NCBI GenBank assembly: GCA_963666985.2
Contig: CAXXIA010000002.1
Span: 3,008,001-3,072,000 of the forward strand
Origin: Spirochaetia bacterium
Lineage (GTDB): Bacteria > Spirochaetota > Spirochaetia > DSM-2461
Direction: 5' to 3'
Length of the DNA stretch: 64,000 nt
The notes below the pieces were generated by a model, which saw only the letters and a program-made list of their open reading frames with translations, did not search any database and was not told the origin of the DNA. The position numbers and the translations under genes are program-made. Shown in pieces: positions 30,486-41,225 of the stretch (positions are counted from its first letter, which is position 1; the number at the start of each line of letters is the position of its first letter).

Positions 30486-30896
30486 AGAGACCTCCCATTT
30501 CCCGACTACAGCTCCCTAACCGGAAAATAGGATGTCTTAAGGAATCCGATATCAGGTAAAGCTTCGTTGATTCAGCTGTGTAAACTCATATTAACGGCTG
30601 GCTTTAACATAGGTCAATTCTTTATGAGAAAACAAGTTTGTGTATCCTGTCCGCAGGGAGACGTCCTGCGGTTCAGATACCTTCTCCGCCGGACGGTTAC
30701 TCTTTTTCAGCTCATGCGCGTGGGAGCGTGTTCCGCTGATTTCGTTGAACGTGCGATCCGGAAAATCCGGTGATTTTTTTGATTGCTTCGGAAGGTTCGG
30801 CCTTCACCGATTTTGAACATGAATGTGGATTTTTCTTCATCGCCGTGTCTTAAGAAGAAACAACGTATACCGATATACTGAAATTGGAGGAAGATT

Positions 30897-31364
30897 GTGA
30901 ATATGTATCTGCGAATGGTTGTTCTGAGTGTTTTTTTATCGATCCTTTCGATTCCCGTGTTCGCCGATGAACCGGATACCGTTCTTTTGGTTCGGGACTC
31001 TTCGGATTTCAAAGACGCTCTTGCGGACGATCTTCGGGAAATTTTGAGTGCCGAGGGGTATTCCGTCGCGGAAGAGGATTCGATGCGTTTTCTGAAAAAA
31101 ATCGATCCCTTCGCTTACACGGCCATTATCATCGTGAACACCGGCAAGGCGGGCCGGCCTCATTCCATGGTGCGTGATTTTCTGGATAAGGATGGAGCTC
31201 TGCCTTCCACGGTTGTGCTCACCACTTACTCGAAACCTTCCGGTTCCCGCTATGTTTATGCCGATCGGCCCGGGGTGGACGGAATAACCTCGGCGTCTCC
31301 TGATGATCGCGCCGTCATTCGGGATTTGGCCCGGGGCATCGTTTCGCGGCTTGAGCTCGAATAG
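30897..31364 (+). CDS. Secreted hypothetical alpha/beta (possibly flavodoxin-like) protein
   Basis: GGAGG SD; signal peptide ending in IPVFA; VDGITSAS. Confidence 0.65.
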   Translation: MNMYLRMVVLSVFLSILSIPVFADEPDTVLLVRDSSDFKDALADDLREILSAEGYSVAEEDSMRFLKKIDPFAYTAIIIVNTGKAGRPHSMVRDFLDKDGALPSTVVLTTYSKPSGSRYVYADRPGVDGITSASPDDRAVIRDLARGIVSRLELE

Positions 31365-31438
31365 CGGGTTAACCATCGCGGGAATCGGGCTCCGCCGGGG
31401 GAAATCCGGTATGCCGCTTTTCGGCAGCCTGTTTTTTC

Positions 31439-31900
31439 CTAGACGAATTTTCCGTAGCTTTTGAGCAGCAGGAAACTTTCGGTTGCCGAAACATCATCAA
31501 CCTCGGCCAGCTCTCCGGTGAGGAATTCCACCAGTCCGTGGTTGGAATCCACCAGGACTTCGGCCATGAGATCGTAACGGCCCGAAACGATGGAGACCGA
31601 GAGAACGTGGGGCAGTTCCGCGATTTCCCGGGCTTTGCGTTCCAGCAGGGATGCCTTGGCCACGTTTACCGCGACAACGGCGGCCTGCTGGTTTTCCAGG
31701 GCGTCGGGATTTATTCCCGCCGCCACGCGAAGCACGCCGGAGTCGCGGAGGCGTTTGAGCCGCTGACGAACGGTTCCCTCCGAAATGCCGAGTTCCCTTC
31801 CCAAGTCCATATTCGTTTCGTTTCCTTGGCGCAGGCGTTCGACAATGGCCCGGTCCGTTTCGTCCAGAGTTTCGCGCGGCGGGCGCTCTTTCGGGATCAT
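31439..31900 (-). CDS. Lrp/AsnC family regulator (AldR-like)
   Basis: LDETD, LGISEGTVRQRLKRL, SGRYDL; ATGA overlap with ald. Confidence 0.9.
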   Translation of the reverse strand: MIPKERPPRETLDETDRAIVERLRQGNETNMDLGRELGISEGTVRQRLKRLRDSGVLRVAAGINPDALENQQAAVVAVNVAKASLLERKAREIAELPHVLSVSIVSGRYDLMAEVLVDSNHGLVEFLTGELAEVDDVSATESFLLLKSYGKFV

Positions 31901-33009
31901 TCCAATAAATCCTGTACGGGTGTATATTTCCGGCCGAAGGCTTCCGCGACGCCCGGATAGGTGATGTTTCCGCGGTAGATATTCACGCCGGTTGCGATAG
32001 GATGACTGTTTCGCGCCGCTTCCTCAAGTCCTTTGTCGGCCAGAATCAGGCCGTAGCGCAGCGTGGCTCCCGTGAGAGCCAAGGTGGAAGTAAGGGCGAC
32101 CGAACCGGGCATATTGGCGACTCCGTAATGAATCACTCCGTCGATGTTGTACACCGGATCGTCGTGGGTGGTGGCCTTGATTGTTTCGACGCAGCCGCCC
32201 TGATCCACGGCCACGTCAACGATAACGGCGCCTTCTTTCATGAGTTTCAAATGCTCCCGGCGAACAAGGCGCGGGGCTCTGGCGCCGGGAATGAGAACCG
32301 CTCCGATAACCAGATCCGATTCCTTCAGGACGGTTTCGATATTGGCTTCGGTGCTGTAGAGGGTGGCGATGGAGGAGCCGAAGATGTCGTCCAGGTAGGC
32401 CAGCCGGCGGGCGTTTACATCCAGAACGGTCACGTCTGCGCCGATCCCAACGGCGATTTTGGCCGCGTTGGTTCCCACGACGCCTCCGCCGATTACGGCG
32501 ATGCGGCCCCGGCGGACGCCCGGGACTCCGCCGAGGAGAATCCCCCGGCCGCCGAACTGCTTCTCCAGGTATTTGGCCCCTTCCTGCACGGAAAGGCGGC
32601 CGGCGATTTCACTCATGGGAACCAGACAGGGAAGCGATTCATGGTCTTCAATGGTTTCATAAGCGACCGCTTTTACCCTGTGTTCCAGAAGAGCCTCTGT
32701 GAGTTCGGGTTCCGCGGCCAGGTGCAGATAGGTATAGAGCAGTTGGTCTTCATGAAACAAATCGTATTCGGAGGCCTGAGGCTCTTTGACCTTTACAATC
32801 ATGTCCGAATCGTCGAAGAGTTTCTTCTTATCGGTGATTATCTCGGCTCCGGCGGCCGCGTACTGTTCATCCGGAAAACCGGCCTGGCGTCCCGCGTTCG
32901 TTTCAATGAAAACTTTATGATTGCGGCCGACATAGGCTTTAACATCAGCGGGCGTCATACCTACGCGATATTCATGCGTTTTGATTTCTTTGGCGACTCC
33001 GATATTCAT
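31897..33009 (-). CDS. ald: Alanine dehydrogenase
   Basis: KEIK..EYRV, KVKEP, YLHLAA, MSEIAGR, VAVDQGG, VANMPG. Confidence 0.96.
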   Translation of the reverse strand: MNIGVAKEIKTHEYRVGMTPADVKAYVGRNHKVFIETNAGRQAGFPDEQYAAAGAEIITDKKKLFDDSDMIVKVKEPQASEYDLFHEDQLLYTYLHLAAEPELTEALLEHRVKAVAYETIEDHESLPCLVPMSEIAGRLSVQEGAKYLEKQFGGRGILLGGVPGVRRGRIAVIGGGVVGTNAAKIAVGIGADVTVLDVNARRLAYLDDIFGSSIATLYSTEANIETVLKESDLVIGAVLIPGARAPRLVRREHLKLMKEGAVIVDVAVDQGGCVETIKATTHDDPVYNIDGVIHYGVANMPGSVALTSTLALTGATLRYGLILADKGLEEAARNSHPIATGVNIYRGNITYPGVAEAFGRKYTPVQDLLE

Positions 33010-33236
33010 CGTTCTACCCCTTAAGGCATAAAATGAGATAAGAATCTACGAAAAACGAATAAAAATCAATAAAAAATACGAAAATCGAAATAATCACAGA
33101 GGCGGCGGTGATATTTATTGCCGAATAAGCGAATAAGTTAATAAAAACGGCCGGTTCCCGAAGTCTTGCTCCTTCGCAAAAACCGGCCGAATATGATGGC
33201 CGCATCGGTTAATCGGCCATAGAAATCAGTTGAGCC

Positions 33237-35738
33237 TCAGATAAACAGTGTATTGGTGGACGTATCGGTAGCGGCGAGGAAGGAGGCCACTCCGCCCACT
33301 TCGATGCCGTCGATCAATTCTTCCCTTTTTACGCCCATTACGTCCATGCTCATGGTACAGGCCACCATGCGGACACCGTTCTCTATCGCGGTTTGAAACA
33401 TCACCTCCAGCGAATCGATATTCAGCTTTTTCATCCGGCGCCTCATCATCTTGGTTCCCATACCCCCCATATTCATTTTGGAAAGGCTGAGTTTGGTACT
33501 GTCGGAAGGAAGCATCATGCCGAACATCCGTCCCATGAAATCCTTTTTCACTTTGGGAGGTCGGGATTTTTTCAGCAGATTCAGGCCCCAGAATGTAAAG
33601 AAGACCGTCGCTTTTTTTCCCGCGCCGGCGGCTCCGTTGGCGATGACCATGGCGGCCAAAGCCTTGTCGAAATCGTCGGAAAAGAGAACAAGAGACGTAT
33701 CCCGTCCCCCGGCGCCGGCGGAGGCCTGAGCCGGGGCGAGCGAATCCCGGGGAACGCCCTTTTCAATAATCGCCGTGATTTCTCCGGCATTCTGCTTCAA
33801 ATCCACCAGGGTGTTTCCCGTCATGCTGCACCAGGCTTTCACATCCGTGGCGAATCCCGGATCCGAGGCCGTTTCCCGAATCCGGTCGCCCTGAGCCACC
33901 CGGTCCACGGCTTTTTTCAGGGCCAGAATCGGCCCCGGACATTGGAGCCCGGCCGCGTCCACTTCGAGAATCTTCACATCGATTTTTTCCATGGGCACTT
34001 CACGGTTCCGACCTTCAACATCGGATTGATAGATATGATCGTCTTTGCCGATGAAGTCTTTTTCGAAGATGTCCTCGTTGCTCTGCTTCTGGATGGCGTG
34101 TTCCCAGGTTTTATAGCCTCCGGAAAGGTTAAGGACATCATCAAAACCGTTCTGCCTTAAAATTCGTTCGGCCATATACGCCCGAAGGCCGACTCCGCAG
34201 AAAAGGACGATCGAACGGTCGGTGCGGAATTCGGGAAGTCTTCCTCGAATTTCCTGAAGAGGAATGTTCCGGGCGCCTTCAATCGTGCCGAGCGCGGCCT
34301 CTTCCGGAAGGCGGACATCCACCAATTGGACTTTATTCAGATCTTTGGCGCGAAGTTCATCCCAGCGGATATGTTTGGAGCGGCCTTTAAGAATGTTTTC
34401 CGCGACGAAACCGATGATGTTCACCGGATCTTTCGCCGACGAATAAGGCGGAGCGTAGGCGTGTTCAATCTCCGTTAAATCGGTAATGGTTCCGCCCCTG
34501 CGGATAACCGAAGCGATCATGTCGATCCGTTTATCCACTCCTTCGAAACCGACGATTTGCCCGCCGTAGAGCCGGCCGTCCTCCGGATTGAAAAGAATTT
34601 TCAGGGACATGGCCGTGGCGCCCGGATAATAGCCCGCATGACTGGAAGAATGCGTAATGCAGCTTTGGAACGGAATGCTCTCCTTGGCGAGAACTTTTTC
34701 CGAGGCTCCCGTGGCGGCTACGGTTAGGTCGAAGACCTTGGCAACCGCCGTTCCGATGGCGCCCTTATATTCGGATGAATCTCCGAAAGCGATATTATCG
34801 GCGCAGATTCGTCCCTGTTTATTCGCCGGACCGGCCAAATAGGTGATTGTGGGAACTCCTGTAATCGGGGAAGGAAACTCGATCGCGTCTCCCACGGCGT
34901 AGATGTCCGGATCGCTGGTTCTTAAAAATTTGTCGACTTTTATTCCCCGCGTGGTTCCGATTTCCAATCCGGCCTCAAGCGCCAAAGCCGAATCGGGACG
35001 AACGCCTATGGAAAGAATAACCATGTCGGCTTCCAGAAAGCGGCCGGAATTGAGTTTCATCGAAATATTCTTTTCGCTTTCCGTGAAAGACGAGACTCCG
35101 TCTTTCAGAAAGAACTCAACTCCTTTCACCTTCAAATGCTGGTGGACTTCCGCCGCCATTTCATAGTCCAGAGGAGTCATCACCTGAGCGGCCATTTCGA
35201 CGATGGTGACGAAAACTCCCGAATCATGGAGGTTTTCCGCCATTTCCAAACCGATGAATCCCGCTCCGACGACAATGGCCCTTTTGGGGCGTTCGGAATC
35301 GAGAAAGGCTTTGATGGCATCCGTGTCCCTGACATTTCGAATAGTGAAAATCCGTTTGGATTCGATGCCTTCAAGCGGGGGCTTTACCGGCTCGGCACCG
35401 GGCGAAAGTACCAGTTTGTCGTATGCTTCTACGCTTTCCAATCCGTTCCGGAGATTTTTCACCGTAACGGTTTTTGCCCGGCGATTGATTGATATGACTT
35501 CGCTGAGATTCCGGACATCCACATTCAGAAGTTCGTGAAAACTCTCGGGGGTTTGAACAAAAAGGCGGGAACGGTCTTTGATGGTGCCGCCCAGATAATA
35601 AGGCAAACCGCAGTTCGCATAGGAGATGTCTTCGCCCCGTTCGAAAAGTATGATTTCCGCTTTTTCGTCGTTTCGGCGAAGCCGTGCCGCCGTTGTGGCT
35701 CCGCCCGCAACCCCGCCGACGATTATATATCGTGCCAT
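33237..35738 (-). CDS. CoA-disulfide reductase-rhodanese-TusA-DsrE fusion
   Basis: SYANCGLPY, YAPPYS, rhodanese FCGVGLR, TusA GLQCPGP, DsrE FFTFWG / ACTMSM. Confidence 0.9.
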   Translation of the reverse strand: MARYIIVGGVAGGATTAARLRRNDEKAEIILFERGEDISYANCGLPYYLGGTIKDRSRLFVQTPESFHELLNVDVRNLSEVISINRRAKTVTVKNLRNGLESVEAYDKLVLSPGAEPVKPPLEGIESKRIFTIRNVRDTDAIKAFLDSERPKRAIVVGAGFIGLEMAENLHDSGVFVTIVEMAAQVMTPLDYEMAAEVHQHLKVKGVEFFLKDGVSSFTESEKNISMKLNSGRFLEADMVILSIGVRPDSALALEAGLEIGTTRGIKVDKFLRTSDPDIYAVGDAIEFPSPITGVPTITYLAGPANKQGRICADNIAFGDSSEYKGAIGTAVAKVFDLTVAATGASEKVLAKESIPFQSCITHSSSHAGYYPGATAMSLKILFNPEDGRLYGGQIVGFEGVDKRIDMIASVIRRGGTITDLTEIEHAYAPPYSSAKDPVNIIGFVAENILKGRSKHIRWDELRAKDLNKVQLVDVRLPEEAALGTIEGARNIPLQEIRGRLPEFRTDRSIVLFCGVGLRAYMAERILRQNGFDDVLNLSGGYKTWEHAIQKQSNEDIFEKDFIGKDDHIYQSDVEGRNREVPMEKIDVKILEVDAAGLQCPGPILALKKAVDRVAQGDRIRETASDPGFATDVKAWCSMTGNTLVDLKQNAGEITAIIEKGVPRDSLAPAQASAGAGGRDTSLVLFSDDFDKALAAMVIANGAAGAGKKATVFFTFWGLNLLKKSRPPKVKKDFMGRMFGMMLPSDSTKLSLSKMNMGGMGTKMMRRRMKKLNIDSLEVMFQTAIENGVRMVACTMSMDVMGVKREELIDGIEVGGVASFLAATDTSTNTLFI

Positions 35739-35913
35739 CTTTAAGTCCTCCGTTACCTAATAGTATAGTCTGCATTAACCAAAATCAATATAATAATATA
35801 TATAAATTGATATCTATTAAAGCAAGAGAATATTTCTTTGGTTTGATTGCTCTCCTCGCCTCTTTCGAGGCCTATGGATTTTTCCTCATTCGGATTCCTG
35901 ATATGATCAATAC

Positions 35914-37323
35914 ATGATCTCCTCTCGGCCTTTCCATATGATGGCAAAACCCATCGGTCCGCTCTGCAATATCCGCTGCGAGTATTGTTTTTACCTTTCC
36001 AAAGAAGAATTATTCGGCGGAAAATCCCGATCGAACTACGTTATGAACGACGAAGTTTTGGAAACGTATATCAGGAAATATACGGAAGCTCAGCCTCCGG
36101 GAACCCCGGAGATAACATTCGCCTGGCAGGGCGGCGAACCGATGCTTCTTCCGCAGTCTTTTTTTGAAAAAGCCGTTGAACTTGAACAAAAATACGCCCG
36201 AAAGGGCATGCGAATCCAAAATGCAATTCAGACAAACGGCACTTTAATAACGCGAAGCCGTGCCGAATGGTTCGCGGAGAATAATTTTCTGGTCGGGGTG
36301 AGCATCGACGGGCCTGAAGATCTTCATAACAAATTCCGCCGCGATCGGGAGGGGAAGGGGACCTTTCAAGATGTCATGAAAGGTCTTGAAAATCTGAAAG
36401 CGGCCGGCGCCGAATTCAACACCTTGACGGTTGTTCAATCGGATAATGCGGATCATCCGCGGCGTGTTTATGATTTTTTGAAATCCATCGGCTCCGAATA
36501 CCTGCAGTTCATTCCCATTGTGGAGCCGATCGGCAAGCGGGCGGACGGAGCGGATTCTTTTGTCGGTGAAGGCGCCGGCGGTGCGGCGACTGCGGCGATA
36601 TCCGGCGGTGAATCGATTCTCAGCGGCCGAAGTGGGGGCGCCGGCAAGAACGAAAACGGCCGCAATGCATCGGCTTCGGCCTTAAACCGTCTTGCCTCTT
36701 ATCGCAGTGTTCGTCCCGAGCAATGGGGCGATTTCATGAACGGAGTGTTCGACGCATGGATTTGTTCCGATATCGGACGGACTTACGTGCAGCATTTCGA
36801 TTTGCTTCTGGGACTGCACGCGGGTTATCCGTCCACTCTCTGTGTTCATGCCGAGACATGCGGTTTTGCCATGGCGATTGAACATAACGGGAATGTCTAC
36901 AGCTGCGATCACTATGTCTTTCCCGAGTATTATTTGGGAAACGTTATGGAAGAGTCCCTTCCCGAGATCGTCGGCAGTCCCCTGCAGGCCGCCTTCGGTC
37001 AAGCCAAGCGTGATGCCTTGCCGGATGTATGCCGGGAGTGCCGATATTTGAATCTGTGCCGGGGTGCCTGTCCGAAGGACCGTTTGATTGATGCTCCCGG
37101 CGGCAAGCTGAACTGGCTTTGTGAAGGTTATTATAAATTTTATGAACATACGGAGCCGCATTTTAAAGCCATGGCGGCGGCTCTGGCGTCAAGGATGCCC
37201 GCTTCCGAGTATCGGCGTTTTTTCAAGATTCCCGATTCGGCCCGTCCCGGACGGAACGAACCTTGTCCCTGCGGCAGCGGGAAAAAGTTCAAGAATTGTC
37301 ACGGCCGGATGCCGTCGGTATAG
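35914..37323 (+). CDS. Anaerobic sulfatase maturase-like radical SAM/SPASM protein with C-terminal SEC-C motif
   Basis: CNIRCEYC, WQGGEP, YSCDH, CRECRYLNLCRGACP, GRNEPCPCGSGKKFKNCH. Confidence 0.9.
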   Translation: MISSRPFHMMAKPIGPLCNIRCEYCFYLSKEELFGGKSRSNYVMNDEVLETYIRKYTEAQPPGTPEITFAWQGGEPMLLPQSFFEKAVELEQKYARKGMRIQNAIQTNGTLITRSRAEWFAENNFLVGVSIDGPEDLHNKFRRDREGKGTFQDVMKGLENLKAAGAEFNTLTVVQSDNADHPRRVYDFLKSIGSEYLQFIPIVEPIGKRADGADSFVGEGAGGAATAAISGGESILSGRSGGAGKNENGRNASASALNRLASYRSVRPEQWGDFMNGVFDAWICSDIGRTYVQHFDLLLGLHAGYPSTLCVHAETCGFAMAIEHNGNVYSCDHYVFPEYYLGNVMEESLPEIVGSPLQAAFGQAKRDALPDVCRECRYLNLCRGACPKDRLIDAPGGKLNWLCEGYYKFYEHTEPHFKAMAAALASRMPASEYRRFFKIPDSARPGRNEPCPCGSGKKFKNCHGRMPSV

Positions 37324-37364
37324 ACCTCTGGGAGATTCCCCTCTTCATGGATTAGAATAGGATT

Positions 37365-37661
37365 ATGAACGCTTCCGATTACAATGAAAGATTAAGAAAA
37401 ACCGGGCGGAACGACCTCTGCCCCTGCGGTTCGGGAAAAAAGTATAAGAAATGCCATCTGGCGGCCGATGAGGCCGCGAAGCACGAGGAACTGGCAAAAG
37501 CGGCCGAGGAAAGGGAGTCCGCAATGAAGACCGATGAAAACGAATCGGAAGATGCCGGCGGCCGATCTTCCGTTCCTCGAAGAGACGGACACCAGCACTC
37601 CGGCAAATTGCAGGGAGGGCAGGACAGGCACGTCAATATTCCGAGGCGCGGCGCCGTCTGA
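37365..37661 (+). CDS. Stand-alone SEC-C metal-binding protein
   Basis: GRNDLCPCGSGKKYKKCH plus a charged, likely disordered tail. Confidence 0.85.
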   Translation: MNASDYNERLRKTGRNDLCPCGSGKKYKKCHLAADEAAKHEELAKAAEERESAMKTDENESEDAGGRSSVPRRDGHQHSGKLQGGQDRHVNIPRRGAV

Positions 37662-37695
37662 TTGCGGCGGGTGCCGGTCCCGGGCTTCCTGTGTA

Positions 37696-39654
37696 TTATT
37701 CTTCTTTCTCCAATTCGGCCAGCCAAATGGCGGCATCGGCGTCCGAAGGCATTCGCCAGTCGCCTCTCGGCGAAAGAGCGATGGTGCCCACTTTCGGACC
37801 GTCGGGCAGGCAGGAACGTTTGAACTGCTGTGAGAAGAACCGTTTATAGAAAAATCGAATCCATTTGTCCACCGTCGGCGCGTCGTAGATGCCCTTGAAG
37901 GCCCGAAGGGCGAGCCGGCGGACCTTGGCGGGGCCGAATCCGTAACGAATCCCATAGAAAAGGAAGAAATCGTGGAGTTCGTAGGGACCGATTTTATCTT
38001 CGGTTTTCTGGACGATTTCTCCATCGGCGCCGGGAGGCAGAAGTTCGGGTGAAATGGGTGTATCCAGGATGTCTTCCAAGATTAATTGAACTTCCGGCGA
38101 CGCCCAGGTTTCCGCGGCCCATTGAATCAGGTATTTCACCAGGGTTTTCGGTACTCCCGAATTCACCGCGTACATGGACATGTGGTCGCCGTTGTAGGTG
38201 CACCAGCCCAGGGCCAATTCCGACAAATCTCCGGTACCGATGACAAGAGCGCCGTTCATGTTCGCGCGGTTCATCAGAATTGACGTTCGGTAGCGGGCCT
38301 GGACGTTTTCATAAGCCACGTCTTCAGGTTCGCCCGAATGATTCAGGTCTTTCATCTGCATCTTGCAGGTTTCCCGAATATCAATGGTTTCCAAAGAAAC
38401 CCCCAGTTCCCCGCAAAGCTTTTCCACATTGCCGAGGGTTCGATCGGTTGTACCGAATCCCGGCATGGTAATCGCCTGTATTCCGTCCGGGGGAAGGGCG
38501 AGTCTTTTAAAGGCATGAACCGAGACAAGGAGAGCCAGAGTGGAATCCAAACCTCCCGAAAGACCGATAACGACGCCGCGAATCCCCGTTCGTTCCAGGC
38601 GCGTGGCCAATCCGCAGGATTGAATCGATGAGATTTCACGGCACCGTTTATCCCTTTCCGCGGGATCGGAAGGAACGAACGGATGGGGATCGATGGGTCT
38701 GTAGAGTTCGGCATCGACGGCTTTCCCGCCATGAAGCCGGCCGCCGAAGCGGACCGTTCGGTATACTTTTGTCGACTCGCGGCGGGCCGCGGGTCCGAAA
38801 GACCTGGACGACCGGCGTTCGTGATCCAAAAGTTCCGTATCGATGTCTGCGAAGATGATGTCCGTTCCAATGGGGAACCGCTCGGACTCGGCAAGAAGCC
38901 GTCCGTTTTCGGCGATGAGGGCATGGCCGCCGAAAACGGTGTCGGTGGTGGATTCCCCGGGCCCGGCCGATGTGTAGGCATAGGCGGCGAGGCAGCGCGC
39001 CGACTGCTGAGCCACGAGAGCTTCCCTGTAGTCCGCTTTTCCCACCAGTTCGTTGCTTGCCGAGAGGTTGAAGAGTATCTGCGCGCCCGCGACGGCATGG
39101 CGGGAGGAGGGAGGAATGGGGCCCCAGAGATCTTCGCAGATTTCAACGGCAAAGCTCATTCGGCGATCTTCTTCTCTGCGGAATAACAGATCCGTGCCGA
39201 AGGGGACTTTCTGTCCCGCCAAAGTAACATGATCGAATCGGGCTTCGTCGGATGAGGCGAACCAGCGGTTTTCATAATATTCATGGGAATCGGGGATGTA
39301 GGTTTTGGGAACCACGCCCAGAATTTCCTTCCCGCCGCGTACGACGACGGCGACGTTGAAAATCCGTCCCTGCCGGGCAAGAGGCATGCCGAAAATCATC
39401 AGGGATCCTCTGGCCGAGGTTTCCTCGACGATGCGGGCGGCCTGTATTTCGGCTTCTTCAAGAAGTCGGGATTGAAGAAAGAGATCGGCGCAGGTATAGC
39501 CGGTTACCGAGAGTTCTGGAAAAAGAACCGCATCGGCTCCCTGATCGCAGGCCCGGAGGAATGCATGGATGACAGCCTCGGCGTTCTCCGCGGGGGCGGC
39601 CGGCTTTACGGCCGGTGTGACGGCGGCGATGCGAAAATAACCCTGATTGCTCAT
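37696..39654 (-). CDS. nadE: Glutamine-dependent NAD+ synthetase
   Basis: Nitrilase domain FPEL / PK / [31 protein letters not shown]. Confidence 0.95.
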   Translation of the reverse strand: MSNQGYFRIAAVTPAVKPAAPAENAEAVIHAFLRACDQGADAVLFPELSVTGYTCADLFLQSRLLEEAEIQAARIVEETSARGSLMIFGMPLARQGRIFNVAVVVRGGKEILGVVPKTYIPDSHEYYENRWFASSDEARFDHVTLAGQKVPFGTDLLFRREEDRRMSFAVEICEDLWGPIPPSSRHAVAGAQILFNLSASNELVGKADYREALVAQQSARCLAAYAYTSAGPGESTTDTVFGGHALIAENGRLLAESERFPIGTDIIFADIDTELLDHERRSSRSFGPAARRESTKVYRTVRFGGRLHGGKAVDAELYRPIDPHPFVPSDPAERDKRCREISSIQSCGLATRLERTGIRGVVIGLSGGLDSTLALLVSVHAFKRLALPPDGIQAITMPGFGTTDRTLGNVEKLCGELGVSLETIDIRETCKMQMKDLNHSGEPEDVAYENVQARYRTSILMNRANMNGALVIGTGDLSELALGWCTYNGDHMSMYAVNSGVPKTLVKYLIQWAAETWASPEVQLILEDILDTPISPELLPPGADGEIVQKTEDKIGPYELHDFFLFYGIRYGFGPAKVRRLALRAFKGIYDAPTVDKWIRFFYKRFFSQQFKRSCLPDGPKVGTIALSPRGDWRMPSDADAAIWLAELEKEE

Positions 39655-39762
39655 GGAATCAGAATAGTGTTATTCGGAGCGCGAGAAAAGCCGTTTGGCA
39701 CAGCCCCGGATTGTAAAAACCTCAGGGCTTTACATCAGGTCTTTTTTGGGATGTCCGGACGA

Positions 39763-41109
39763 TTATGAAAAACAAATACGATTCCGGCCTTCGTTCTTGG
39801 CGCGGTAAAGCGCTTTATCGGCCGCTTCAATGAGCCTCTCCGGGGTTGTTCCGTCTTTGGGAAACAATGAAGCTCCCATCGATACCGCGATTGTTCCCAG
39901 TGAAGAACCCTGAAAAATCACGTTGATTGCATGGATGCTCTTTCTCAATGTCTCGAATCTCTCTTCAATCCCTTCAAGCTCCGTATCGGATATCAGAATC
40001 AGGAATTCCTCTCCGCCGTAACGGCAGCAAAAATCTTCGATGCGGAAAAAGTTCTTCAGGTGTCGGCCGAGCTCCTTTAAAACGGCGTCTCCGGCCGAAT
40101 GCCCGAAGGTATCGTTGAACACTTTGAAATGGTCGATATCGAGCATGAGAATACACGAAGTACCGTCTTTTCTTTTGGCACGATGCAGTTCTCTTTCGAG
40201 AATGTCGTTGAGGTACTGCCTGTTGAAAAGACCGGTCAGCGGATCGTGAATCGCCAGATCTTTAAGCTGTTCGTGCAGCGTCAGATTGGCAATCGCCAGG
40301 CTTACCTGGTCGGTGAAAATCGAGAGGGATTGACGGGTGAGCGGAGGAAGCACGCCGTCGATGAGCTTGAAACCTGGAGGAAACTGAATATGAAAAAGAC
40401 CGATGACTTCTCCGTGAGCGGTTAAGGGAATGCAGATATTCGTTCCGTCGGTATCGCCGGAGTGGCCGCACCGGGGCGTTTCCCGCCCTTTCCCGGAATA
40501 AAAGTCCTTGCCGAGTCGCAAACCCCAGCAGTCTTCCGGCTGGAAATAGTCCGTGAATTTTCCTTCTCCCCATTGAGCGGCCAGGTTGAGCTGATTCCTC
40601 GATTCTTTGGTGATATAAAGGGCCCCTCGGCTGTCCGGGAAAAGAGAACCGGCGGATTCCCCGACGATCTGATAGATTTCGTTTCTTGATGTACAGACCT
40701 GGAGGTAGGTGGCGAGCCTGCCGAGTCTGTCGTTTCTGATTCCATGCTTTTCCAGCTCTTCGGCTTTATAACTGAGTTGAAGATTCACCTCTTCGAGCTT
40801 TTTTCGTTCTTCGTTCAGCTGTATCAGGATTTTTCTTTGATCGAGCCATCTTCTGATTGCGTAGAATAAGAAAAAGACGGACAGGAAGGCGATTGCCAGG
40901 ATGAGTTCGTCGAGTTTGAAGATTTTCGCCGCCGGTATCCGCCCGATGAATCTGTCAAAGAGGTCGAGTTGTATAAAAACAAGAGGAATCAGGCATAAAA
41001 ATAAGAACAGAAGAATAGTATCCCGTGTCGCTTTACTGAGTTTACCCGATTCCCTGTGCCAAATTCGGACTTGCATTTTGTCGCGTTTATTTTTTTTAAA
41101 TAAGCCCAT
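39763..41109 (-). CDS. Membrane GAF-GGDEF diguanylate cyclase
   Basis: 2 TM, GAF region, DPLTGLFNR, RIED (RxxD), RYGGEEF. Confidence 0.9.
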   Translation of the reverse strand: MGLFKKNKRDKMQVRIWHRESGKLSKATRDTILLFLFLCLIPLVFIQLDLFDRFIGRIPAAKIFKLDELILAIAFLSVFFLFYAIRRWLDQRKILIQLNEERKKLEEVNLQLSYKAEELEKHGIRNDRLGRLATYLQVCTSRNEIYQIVGESAGSLFPDSRGALYITKESRNQLNLAAQWGEGKFTDYFQPEDCWGLRLGKDFYSGKGRETPRCGHSGDTDGTNICIPLTAHGEVIGLFHIQFPPGFKLIDGVLPPLTRQSLSIFTDQVSLAIANLTLHEQLKDLAIHDPLTGLFNRQYLNDILERELHRAKRKDGTSCILMLDIDHFKVFNDTFGHSAGDAVLKELGRHLKNFFRIEDFCCRYGGEEFLILISDTELEGIEERFETLRKSIHAINVIFQGSSLGTIAVSMGASLFPKDGTTPERLIEAADKALYRAKNEGRNRICFS

Positions 41110-41225
41110 CTTTTGACTATAAATGAAAAAATAAAGTTTGAAATCCGATATTTTTCGGTTAAGGGGACATTCGAACGGAGAAGTCTGTATAGTTAAACGA
41201 TTATGGGAAAACTCGGGAGTCTTTT

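Noticed and set aside
30490..30600. Leader of the 110-aa gene containing GGAGCUGUAG, loosely like a c-di-GMP-II riboswitch
   Set aside because: I could not find the other conserved elements or the pseudoknot; an Infernal/Rfam scan would be needed
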